Part shown: in pieces, positions 23,835 to 32,393 of the stretch
How the letters are laid out: each line of letters starts with the position of its first letter
Position numbering within the stretch: position 1 is the first letter of the stretch
Assembly (NCBI GenBank): GCA_051294375.1
Contig: CM119265.1
Coordinates: 403,305 to 467,304 of the forward strand
From: Paraspadella gotoi
Taxonomy: Eukaryota > Animalia > Chaetognatha
Direction of reading: 5' to 3'
DNA: 64,000 nucleotides
Position numbers and translations under genes: made by a program
Notes under the pieces: generated by a model
Database searches by the model: none
What the model saw: only the letters and a program-made list of their open reading frames with translations
Told to the model about the DNA's origin: nothing

Positions 23835-26048
23835 TCTTCGAGAAGATCGTCTTGCCTTCGAGCTGCGCGTTGAAATCAGATAACAGTTTTACCGGATAGC
23901 GATCATCGACGGTTTGGGCGTTGAGGCGGCGATAATCGCCGNNNNNNNNNNACCCGCCGTCCGGCTTTGATACGACATGGAGCGGAGAAGACCATTCAGA
24001 TTTGCCACGTTTGGCCACCCCAAGGGCGACCATCTTCTCCAGCTCGCGTTTTGCGACGGCAAGCTTTTCAGGGTCGAGTCGACGGGCTCGTGCTTGGCAG
24101 GGCCGTCCCTCCGTCGGTATGGAGTGAGTTANNNNNNNNNNNNNNNNNNNNNNNNNNNNNNNNNNNNNNNNNNNNNNNNNNNNNNNNNNNNNNNNNNNNN
24201 NNNNNNNNNNNNNNNNNNNNNNNNNNNNNNNNNNNNNNNNNNNNNNNNNNNNNNNNNNNNNNNNNNNNNNNNNNNNNNNNNNNNNNNNNNNNNNNNNNNN
24301 NNNNNNNNNNNNNNNNNNNNNNNNNNNNNNNNNNNNNNNNNNNNNNNNNNNNNNNNNNNNNNNNNNNNNNNNNNNNNNNNNNNNNNNNNNNNNNNNNNNN
24401 NNNNNNNNNNNNNNNNNNNNNNNNNNNNNNNNNNNNNNNNNNNNNNNNTCCCGTAGCAAGCGATAGCTGACCCGTTTGCCGCTTGTAGCTTCATGTTTAG
24501 ATTTGGGCCTTGATCGCGCTGTTGTTTTGTAGGCGGGACAATTGACNNNNNNNNNNCTCCGTCGATTAGCCACCTCGTTCGATCCCCGGCGTCTCTGATG
24601 TAGATAAGGTCGCTTGACGCCGGTGATTTAGTAGNNNNNNNNNNNNNNNNNNNNNNNNNNNNNNNNNNNNNNNNNNNNNNNNNNNNNNNNNNNNNNNNNN
24701 NNNNNNNNNNNNNNNNNNNNNNNNNNNNNNNNNNNNNNNNNNNNNNNNNNNNNNNNNNNNNNNNNNNNNNNNNNNNNNNNNNNNNNNNNNNNNNNNNNNN
24801 NNNNNNNNNNNNNNNNNNNNNNNNNNNNNNNNNNNNNNNNNNNNNNNNNNNNNNNNNNNNNNNNNNNNNNNNNNNNNNNNNNNNNNNNNNNNNNNNNNNN
24901 NNNNNNNNNNNNNNNNNNNNNNNNNNNNNNNNNNNNNNNNNNNNNNNNNNNNNNNNNNNNNNNNNNNNNNNNNNNNNNNNNNNNNNNNNNNNNNNNNNNN
25001 NNNNNNNNNNNNNNCGGTGACGTCGTCGGCTTTGTCTTCCAGTTGTCGCCTGATCTCGATTGGTAGTTCGCGCATTATCTTTTCTTTTCGGACGTCGTCT
25101 AGGCTTAGAGTTTTAGTTCGCTCCTCCAGCTGGGCCAGCATTTTTGATGGCTTGACGGCGTCGACATCGAGAGCGTCGAGGAGAGTTGCAGCTTGTCGTC
25201 GACGAGTTAGACNNNNNNNNNNNNNNNNNNNNNNNNNNNNNNNNNNNNNNNNNNNNNNNNNNNNNNNNNNNNNNNNNNNNNNNNNNNNNNNNNNNNNNNN
25301 NNNNNNNNNNNNNNNNNNNNNNNNNNNNNNNNNNNNNNNNNNNNNNNNNNNNNNNNNNNNNNNNNNNNNNNNNNNNNNNNNNNNNNNNNNNNNNNNNNNN
25401 NNNNNNNNNNNNNNNNNNNNNNNNNNNNNNNNNNNNNNNNNNNNNNNNNNNNNNNTGTTATTAACATCGAAATCTGGCAGATCTGGTTTTCGATTCGAGG
25501 CACGTTCTAGGGCGCGCGTGGCGGCAGCAAGGGCGGCGCGGAGCTCATCGTTTTCGTCTTGTAAATCTCGTGGAGGCGCGCCTGAAGCTGCCGCTGCTGC
25601 CATGCCGACGTGTGCGTTCTCCGTCGACTGAAAAGTGAATTCTGGCGTCGCGTCAGCGAAGGNNNNNNNNNNNNNNNNNNNNNNNNNNNNNNNNNNNNNN
25701 NNNNNNNNNNNNNNNNNNNNNNNNNNNNNNNNNNNNNNNNNNNNNNNNNNNNNNNNNNNNNNNNNNNNNNNNNNNNNNNNNNNNNNNNNNNNNNNNNNNN
25801 NNNNNNNNNNNNNNNNNNNNNNNNNNNNNNNNNNNNNNNNNNNNNNNNNNNNNNNNNNNNNNNNNNNNNNNNNNNNNNNNNNNNNNNNNNNNNNNNNNNN
25901 NNNNNNNNNNNNNNNNNNNNTAATCAGCTAATCCCGAATTCCCTCGCCCAATCTCACCTCGGAAGAAGTTCTTTTCCGCTGGGTCCCCTTGTCTTGAAGG
26001 TTGGCTTTTCTTTCGTCGTCGGTTTCACCATGTGTGGCACTGACACAG
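23835..26048 (-). mobile_element. Partial family C copy E5 (LTR edge, PBS, gag, PR, RT start), mostly N
   Basis: ORF 24566-25603 is Gag-like and ORF 23761-24573 encodes an RT N-terminus; PBS TGGTGAAACCGAC 26018-26030; near-identical to E4 21040-23295. Confidence 0.8.
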
Positions 26049-26504
26049 NNNNNNNNNNAGGTACAAAGGCTACATGCCCCCCAGATAAAATTCGGGGACA
26101 TTCGTTATTTTATCTAAAAATTAATACATTTTGCCTTTGTATAAAGTATTTAAACGGTAAAATGGGACTTTTCGTTTAAGTGTGGGTTAAATTGTAACAT
26201 TTAACCTATAAATTCATCGAGATATTGTAAAATAGATAATTAAATACTTCGAAAAGTATTTATCGAAACAATTGTAAAGGTAACGGAGGGGAAACGAATT
26301 AAAATTAATTCGTTAACGGTAAGTTGAATAATTAACAGTTGTAAAGATGATTCTTTGCTGTTCTTACAGCATGGTACAATTGAGTTGACGATTTCGACGG
26401 TAATAATCACGTAACGGAACGATTTGACAGAAATCGTTAAAGTTTTGAAAATACAAGTTTAAAAAGAGGTGAATTAGAATAAAGTTTGTAAAAGACTGAC
26501 CCGT

Positions 26505-26920
26505 TCACGAGTTTGTTGACGATGGATCCTCATTGTTTATTTGTTGCAAATAATGAGCGAGGACTGCAGCGTAAGAACGGCCTGTTGGGTTGACGCTCGA
26601 AATTTGGCGCCTCGAGGCGCGGTAAGAGAAATCTTCTGGCGTTGGCCTTGAGAAGAATGAGGGGCGAGTGGGGGGAGGGGAGACGGGATCAGGTTCAGCA
26701 TTCGTTGGCGTCGACGTTGACGTCTCGATCGGATCTTTGGCGTCGTCGTTATTATCGTCGTCGGCTTTGTTTACTTTATTGTTTACTTTTTCCCTCGATT
26801 TGTTTATATTTGTGTTTAATGGGGGGAAATCGAGATTTGAAAGCGGATTTAAGGTCGTTGGTGGTCGAACGTCGTCTGGGGATGGGAGAGGAAGGTTCTG
26901 TGGAGGGGGGGGGGAGGGGG
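26505..26920 (-). CDS. Probable continuation of the integrase C-terminal tail in a shifted frame
   Basis: ORF 26505-27128 overlaps the pol end and crosses long G homopolymers (26904-26922) where an indel is likely; reads as a Pro/acidic linker ending FFSRPTPEDFSYR...GRSYAAVLAHYL. Confidence 0.45.
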
Positions 26921-29900
26921 GGAGGAGAGGAGGAGGAGAAAGGAGGAGGAGGAGGAGGAGAAAACGTGGTTGAATCATTTCGCCTCGCATTTGATCGTAG
27001 CGTTCGAGTCGATGGAGCTGGGTGACGAGTTCTGACGCCGGGGCGACGGCCCGGCGGAGGAGGCGACGGAGGCGGCGATGGCGTGCGTGGCGGAGAGGCG
27101 TTGCCGGAAATGGCGTCGTCGGCTTCATAAGCGGGTTTTAAGCGGGAAATCGACACGTTTTCGTTGCCTCGACCTGGGATCGCGATTCTGAACGTTAGTT
27201 GATCACGAGATATGACGCGATACGGACCCAGGTAAGGCGCTGATAATGACGAGGCCACGCCCCCGCGTCGAACGAATACGTGGGAGGCGTGGCTTAGAGC
27301 GTTAGGGAGGTGGATTTGAGGTTGACGGTGAGTCGTTGTCGGGGCTGGCTGGAGGCGCGATACTTCTAGTTGAAGGTTAGCGAGCGTACGACGCCGCTGT
27401 TGACGTTCGGCGGCGTCACTTCCGGTTTGAGTCGATAAAAGGTCTCCGGGTACTGCAATTGCTTCGCCGTAGACCAAATCTGCTGGCGAGGCGCCTACGT
27501 CGGGTTTAAGCGTCGTTCGAATGGCTAACAGGGCGCAGGGGAGGCGCCAGTACCAATCTCCTCGAGTATCAGCGCCTAGAGCTATTAGTGCTTCTTTTAA
27601 TCGGCGATGAAATCGCTCGACTAATCCGTTAGATTGGGGGTGATAAGCTGTTGTGAGATTGTGAGTAATTCCCCATGAGGCTAGAAGTTGTCGCCAAGTT
27701 GATGAGAGGAATTGAGAGCCTCGATCCGTTGTGATGGTGGCCGGGACGCCGAATGAGGCTATCCAGCCATGGACGAGAGCATCGGCGACGGTTTTGGCTG
27801 CTATATCCTTCATTGGGATGGCGGCGGGCCATCGCGTAAATCTGTCGACTACAGTGAGGATATAGTTGAAGCCGTTGGAGAGGGGTAAAGTCACAATGTC
27901 TACGTGGATATGATTAAAGCGACGTTCTGGGAGCTCGAAGGTGCCGATTTCCGGGATTGTATTCCGCGTCACCTTCGCCCGTTGACAGTCTTGGCACTCT
28001 CGTGCCCACTTCGAGACGTCGGCTCTCATTGATGGCCAAACGAATTTTTCTGAGATCGTTTGTCGCGTCCGTTCGACTCCAGGGTGGCCGAGATTGTGGA
28101 TAGTCTCGAAGATGCGGCGGCGCCACGCAAAAGGAACGAAGGGGCGTGGCGGGCCGTTGCTGACGTCGGCGATGATCGTAGTAGTGCCGAGTGGGATTTG
28201 GCGAAATCTCAATCCAGATGTCGAGTCGCTCGTGATGCGCTGGAACTCGGCGTCGAGTGGTTGATCGGTCGCCATCTTTTCGATGTCGATGCCGTGCTGA
28301 AGGATCGAGTGGACGATTTGATCGAGGTGTTGACGTTTCTCTTCCGGGACTTCTTTTGATATTGAAGCGACAATCGGGGGAGGTGAGGGAGCGGGGGCAG
28401 AGAAAGAAGGGAAGAGAGGTTGTGGAGTGGGTGAGGGAGGGGGAGAGGAGGGAAGGGGAATTTGTTCCGGTTCCTTCTCGGCGTTAGGTCGGGAGAGGGA
28501 GTCGGCGACGACGTTGGCCTTCCCTGCCAAATATTGTATGTCGGTTGTATACTCCGCGATACCTGCTAATTGGTAGGTTTGTCTCGCTGTGTGTGGTTCA
28601 GTTTTTTTGGCGAGAGCGGGAATTAATGATTTATGGTCAGTGAAAAGTGTAAATTGGCGGCCTTCAATCATCATTTTAAAATGTCGAATTGCTCGCCAAG
28701 CGGCGAGCAGCTCGCGATCAAAGGGTGGCCACATTTGCTGGTTTTTTTGTAATTTTGCCGAGAAAAAGGCCAAGGGTTCCCAACCCTTCGGCCCTTTTTG
28801 TTCCAGCACCGCTCCAATTGCTGTGTTCGACGCGTCAGATGTAATTGCCAATGAGGCGCCGGGACGTGGGTGGCACAACATTGTGGCTTGTGCTAATGCG
28901 TTTTTAATGGCCTCGAAAGATTTTTGGCATTCGAGAGTCCAGTTCAATATGCGTGGCCTCGATTTCGACTTAAGGGCCTCGAATAATGGGTATAAGTGGT
29001 GCGCTGACCTCGGGATAAAGCGCCTGTAGTAGTTGACGAGGCCTAAGAATCTTTGTAACTCCTTAATGGATGTTGGAGGCGTTGTTTTGTTTATGACGGC
29101 GACTCTGTCCGGTAATGGCGAGATGCCGTTGGCGTCGACTCGATATCCAAGGAACTCGAGTTCTGATTTACCTAGAACGCACTTCTGTCTATTGACGACG
29201 AGTCCATTCTGGTGAAGCGTCTCGAACACTTGACGGAGGTGCTGCTCATGTTCGGCGTGGGTCTCGGAGGCGACCAAGATGTCGTCGATATATACGAAGA
29301 CGAACGGCAGGCCATCCAGGATTTCGTCCATCAGGCGTTGAAAATCCTGACCTGCGTTCTTGAGTCCGAATGGCGTGCGCGGGAAGACGTATAGTCCAAA
29401 AGGCGTGATGACGCCCGTTTTGGCGACGTCTTCTTCCGCCACGGGTATTTGATGATACCCTTTCAAGAGATCAATTTTGCTGAACACCTTTTTTCCGCTG
29501 AGGTTGGCGTTGAAGTCATTTAGAGTCTTGACAGGGTATTTGTCATCGATAGTAGCGTTATTAAGTCGTCTAAAGTCTCCACAAACTCTGTATCCTCCAT
29601 CGGGCTTGTTCACGACGAGGAGAGGCGACGCCCACTCACTTTTAGCGCGGCGAGCGATGCCGAGGTCGCAGAGTTTGTCTAGTTCTTTTTTAGCCACCTC
29701 TAATTTGTCGGGGGCTAGACGACGGGCTCTTGACTGCACTGGCCGGCCTGTTGTTGGTATATAGTGCTTGACTCCATGTTTGGGCTCGGTTGGCTGAAAA
29801 GAGGGTGTGCAAAGGTTGTGATAAGCGTCAAGAAGTTTATAGTATGGATCATCAGCTTGGTGTAAAAAATTTACTCGAATGGGTTTTTGTTTGTTTGCCT

Positions 29901-30303
29901 TAAACGCTGGGATTGTGCTGAAATCATTCAGGTCAAATAAAAAACCATCACGATGGTTAGGGGCCAGATAATGTTCGGCCAGGAAATCTGAGCCGAGTAT
30001 AGGTTGAGTGACGTCCGCTATGGTTACCACGAAGGGAAATTTTCGCCTTCCAAGACGGACCTGGACGTCTCGATAACCATAGCAGGAAATGGGGGAGCCA
30101 TTGGCGGCTTTGAGTTTGGTTTGAGATTCTCCTTTTTTCCTCTCCTCTCTCGTTGGGGGAACAATGGAGACCGTCGCTCCGCCGTCGACGAGCCACTGCA
30201 GCTTGTTGGCGGCGTCATAGACGAAAAGGAGTGAATCTGTTGTATTGGTAGATTGGCCGGTCGGGATGTAATTCACCTCCTCCCGCCGGCCTTCCCGTTT
30301 TCC
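26776..30303 (-). CDS. pol: Pol polyprotein (PR-RT-RNase H-IN), intact, expressed by -1 frameshift
   Basis: 1198-aa open frame; WLVDGGA, YIDD, DASN, HNLGHPG..CQDC, DDE core, GPY/F module, Pro-rich extension. Confidence 0.96.
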   Translation of the reverse strand, partial: GKREGRREEVNYIPTGQSTNTTDSLLFVYDAANKLQWLVDGGATVSIVPPTREERKKGESQTKLKAANGSPISCYGYRDVQVRLGRRKFPFVVTIADVTQPILGSDFLAEHYLAPNHRDGFLFDLNDFSTIPAFKANKQKPIRVNFLHQADDPYYKLLDAYHNLCTPSFQPTEPKHGVKHYIPTTGRPVQSRARRLAPDKLEVAKKELDKLCDLGIARRAKSEWASPLLVVNKPDGGYRVCGDFRRLNNATIDDKYPVKTLNDFNANLSGKKVFSKIDLLKGYHQIPVAEEDVAKTGVITPFGLYVFPRTPFGLKNAGQDFQRLMDEILDGLPFVFVYIDDILVASETHAEHEQHLRQVFETLHQNGLVVNRQKCVLGKSELEFLGYRVDANGISPLPDRVAVINKTTPPTSIKELQRFLGLVNYYRRFIPRSAHHLYPLFEALKSKSRPRILNWTLECQKSFEAIKNALAQATMLCHPRPGASLAITSDASNTAIGAVLEQKGPKGWEPLAFFSAKLQKNQQMWPPFDRELLAAWRAIRHFKMMIEGRQFTLFTDHKSLIPALAKKTEPHTARQTYQLAGIAEYTTDIQYLAGKANVVADSLSRPNAEKEPEQIPLPSSPPPSPTPQPLFPSFSAPAPSPPPIVASISKEVPEEKRQHLDQIVHSILQHGIDIEKMATDQPLDAEFQRITSDSTSGLRFRQIPLGTTTIIADVSNGPPRPFVPFAWRRRIFETIHNLGHPGVERTRQTISEKFVWPSMRADVSKWARECQDCQRAKVTRNTIPEIGTFELPERRFNHIHVDIVTLPLSNGFNYILTVVDRFTRWPAAIPMKDIAAKTVADALVHGWIASFGVPATITTDRGSQFLSSTWRQLLASWGITHNLTTAYHPQSNGLVERFHRRLKEALIALGADTRGDWYWRLPCALLAIRTTLKPDVGASPADLVYGEAIAVPGDLLSTQTGSDAAERQQRRRTLANLQLEVSRLQPAPTTTHRQPQIHLPNALSHASHVFVRRGGVASSLSAPYLGPYRVISRDQLTFRIAIPGRGNENVSISRLKPAYEADDAISGNASPPRTPSPPPSPPPPGRRPGVRTRHPAPSTRTLRSNARRNDSTTFSPPPPPPFSSSSPPPLPPPSTEPSSPIPRRRSTTNDLKSAFKSRFPPIKHKYKQIEGKSKQ
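30255..30303 (-). promoter_or_regulatory. -1 frameshift signal (G GAA AAC plus hairpin)
   Basis: pol is in the -1 frame; GGAAAAC, 5-nt spacer, GGCCGG-CGGGA...TCCCG-A-CCGGCC stem. Confidence 0.75.
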
Positions 30304-31355
30304 GATTGATACTTGTAACAGCCAACTTCGCATTTTTTGGCTGAATCGCCATATTTTTTGTGGTAGAAACAAATATCTACCCGAGATGTTTTCGACTGAG
30401 AGGGTTGATGGTTTCCTGTCGATTTGTCGGCGTTGAATGGGCGGCGGAAGGAGTTGTTTGGGCGACGAGGTGGTTGAGATGGGCGCTGTCGATTGACGGC
30501 GTTGACGTCATCCGTTATCGGCGGCTCATCCGCCATTAATGGCGTGATTGGCGTGCCGACGGCGTAAGCTGCTGCTGTTGCTGTGGGATGGAGGAGTTTG
30601 CCGTCGCGGTCGAAATACGCGTCAGCGAACTTGGCGGCGGTTTCGGCGTCGACAGTCTCGACTCTTTCAGCGAGGCTACGTTGGATTTCTGTAGGTAGTT
30701 CCCTTAAGAGAAGTTCCTTCATTATATCGTCGACGCTTACTTTGCCGGCCTTCTCCTTCATCACTGCAAGGAGTTGGGATGGGCGTCGATTTTCTCGACG
30801 GGTCCCGTCGATAAGTGACGCCGCTTGCTGAGATCGAGTACGACCATATTCTGCTCTTAAATATTCGAGGAAAGAGGACCAGCGAGTGTCGGAGGCTTCA
30901 CCGAATAAATAGGCGTTTATGCGAGGATTGTAATCCACTGGGAATTTGTCCTCCATATGGGCAAACTTCTCTTTGGGCGTTGTAGTTCCAGCGCGCGTGT
31001 AGGCGGCCTCGACGCGCTGAATCCATAGTTCCACGTTATCGGGATCGAAATCTGGCAATTTCGGCTTTTTAATCGCCAATCCTTGAAGTGATGCTGCGAG
31101 TGTGGTCGCTAGAGTGCGGACGAGCTCTGCCTGGGGATCGGGAGCGGCCGCCATCTCGTTGGACCCGGTCGGCGACGTTGGGAATTGGAAATTCGTTTGA
31201 GTAGCGAGAAAAGCCGGAGATCGTCTCCCGCGGCCGAATCCGATGCCGGAAGGAGGGACGAGTTGATTGGGACGCTCGTGAGGCTGTAGAGGGGCGTCGG
31301 CGTCGCCGTTGGAGAGCGCTGAGCGGGCCCGGGTGCCACCGGCGGGTCCGCTCAT
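30273..31355 (-). CDS. gag: Gag protein (360 aa) with CHCC knuckle
   Basis: Intact ORF; KLPDFDPDNVELWIQRVEA; CFYHKKYGDSAKKCEVGC. Confidence 0.94.
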   Translation of the reverse strand: MSGPAGGTRARSALSNGDADAPLQPHERPNQLVPPSGIGFGRGRRSPAFLATQTNFQFPTSPTGSNEMAAAPDPQAELVRTLATTLAASLQGLAIKKPKLPDFDPDNVELWIQRVEAAYTRAGTTTPKEKFAHMEDKFPVDYNPRINAYLFGEASDTRWSSFLEYLRAEYGRTRSQQAASLIDGTRRENRRPSQLLAVMKEKAGKVSVDDIMKELLLRELPTEIQRSLAERVETVDAETAAKFADAYFDRDGKLLHPTATAAAYAVGTPITPLMADEPPITDDVNAVNRQRPSQPPRRPNNSFRRPFNADKSTGNHQPSQSKTSRVDICFYHKKYGDSAKKCEVGCYKYQSENGKAGGRR

Positions 31356-31681
31356 TCGTCGTGTGGTTGATGAGGTTGGTCACGTGAAAAGCGAAAGAGA
31401 ATGATGGTGAGAGATAGGCAAGGCTATCACAGCTTCCTCATCTCGACTTGCCTACCTGAGGAGGTGCTTTATTCCGCTTGAATGTGTTGGCCCGATTCGA
31501 TTTGCTTGATTTGCTTCTTTTTCTGTTCTTGACGTTAGTTTTGATTAGATTGATTAGGCTATTTCATTGTAGAGTAAGTTCTAAGGCTTTTAAACCGAGC
31601 AGTATTTAAGTGTATAAAGACATTGATGAATAAAATCAGTTTGTAGATAGGTTTTCAGAAGGTTTTGTTTTAAGTTCTTTA

Positions 31682-31694
31682 GTCGGGGTCACCA
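31682..31694 (-). promoter_or_regulatory. Primer-binding site complementary to the tRNA-Trp 3' end
   Basis: + strand GTCGGGGTCACCA equals the 3' end of metazoan tRNA-Trp including CCA; 2 nt from the LTR. Confidence 0.9.
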
Positions 31695-31696
31695 GT

Positions 31697-32123
31697 TGTA
31701 GATATTAGACATCCTGGCACCGAGAGGATTAAAACAGGAATTGAATAAGATCGAATTATCTCCCATTAACGTCAGTTAAAAACCGTCTGCTTATATTTAC
31801 TGAGCCATCTAGGTAAGTAGTAACGAGGACGGCCGACTTGGTAACTATTATAAACAAAAGGCCGTCTGAAATAAGAAGGAAATAATTATTCCAGGTTTTG
31901 GGCGTTTTCGAGTAAAAAGTGCCCGATAGCATAATCGGTAAGACGGCGGCTTGTGGCTCTCAAGGTTGCTGGTTCGAATCCGGTTATTGCACTTCTATTT
32001 ATAATCATAATTATATAAGGGAGATTTAAATAAGTGATTTATCGATGTGAAGAATTATAAATAAGTAATTCGATCATGATTAAAATTAATATAAATTATT
32101 TGGTGCCAGGTACAAAGGCTACA
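31697..32123 (-). repeat. 5' LTR of E6 (family D, 427 bp)
   Basis: Perfect TGTAG...CTACA termini; followed by ACCCTAA. Confidence 0.92.
31917..31994 (+). ncRNA. tRNA-like Pol III module inside the family D LTR
   Basis: A-box TAGCATAATCGG 31927-31938; B-box GGTTCGAATCC 31971-31981 in a GCTGG/CCGGT T-stem; AAGTGC/GCACTT closing stem; TTGTGGC loop resembling tRNA-His. Confidence 0.75.
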
Positions 32124-32356
32124 ACCCTAACCCTAACCCTAACCCTAACCCTAACCGCCCTAACCCTAACCCTAACCCTAACCTAACCCTAACCCTAACC
32201 CTAACCCTAAACCCAACCCTAACCCTAACCCTCTAACCTAACCCTAACCCTAACCCTAACCCTAACCCTAACCCTAACCCTAACCCTAACCCTAACCCTA
32301 ACCCTAACTACGCCTAACCCCTAACCCTAACCCTAACCCTAACCCTAACCCTAACC

Positions 32357-32393
<37 letters not shown>

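Larger units (their letters stand above)
26059..32123 (-). mobile_element. Ty3/gypsy (CsRn1-like) LTR retrotransposon E6, family D, with intact ORFs; most of the 3' LTR is lost in the 10-N gap
   Basis: 26059-26074 (AGGTACAAAGGCTACA) is identical to LTR end 32108-32123 and is followed by the PPT; intact gag and pol; canonical PBS. Confidence 0.96.

Noticed and set aside
23810-26058. E5 as a nested insertion, and a hybrid C/D LTR at 26033-26074
   Set aside because: Both boundaries are N gaps. E5 may duplicate E4, and the 10-N gap probably hides two LTRs and a spacer.
5423-31339. Many + strand and alternative-frame ORFs over gag/pol, and ORFs spanning N runs or microsatellites
   Set aside because: They are antisense shadows of GC-rich coding sequence or gap artefacts, with no recognisable domains; no env-like ORF was seen.
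31917-31994. Functional tRNA-His gene
   Set aside because: The acceptor, D and anticodon stems pair poorly, so it is reported only as a tRNA-like module.
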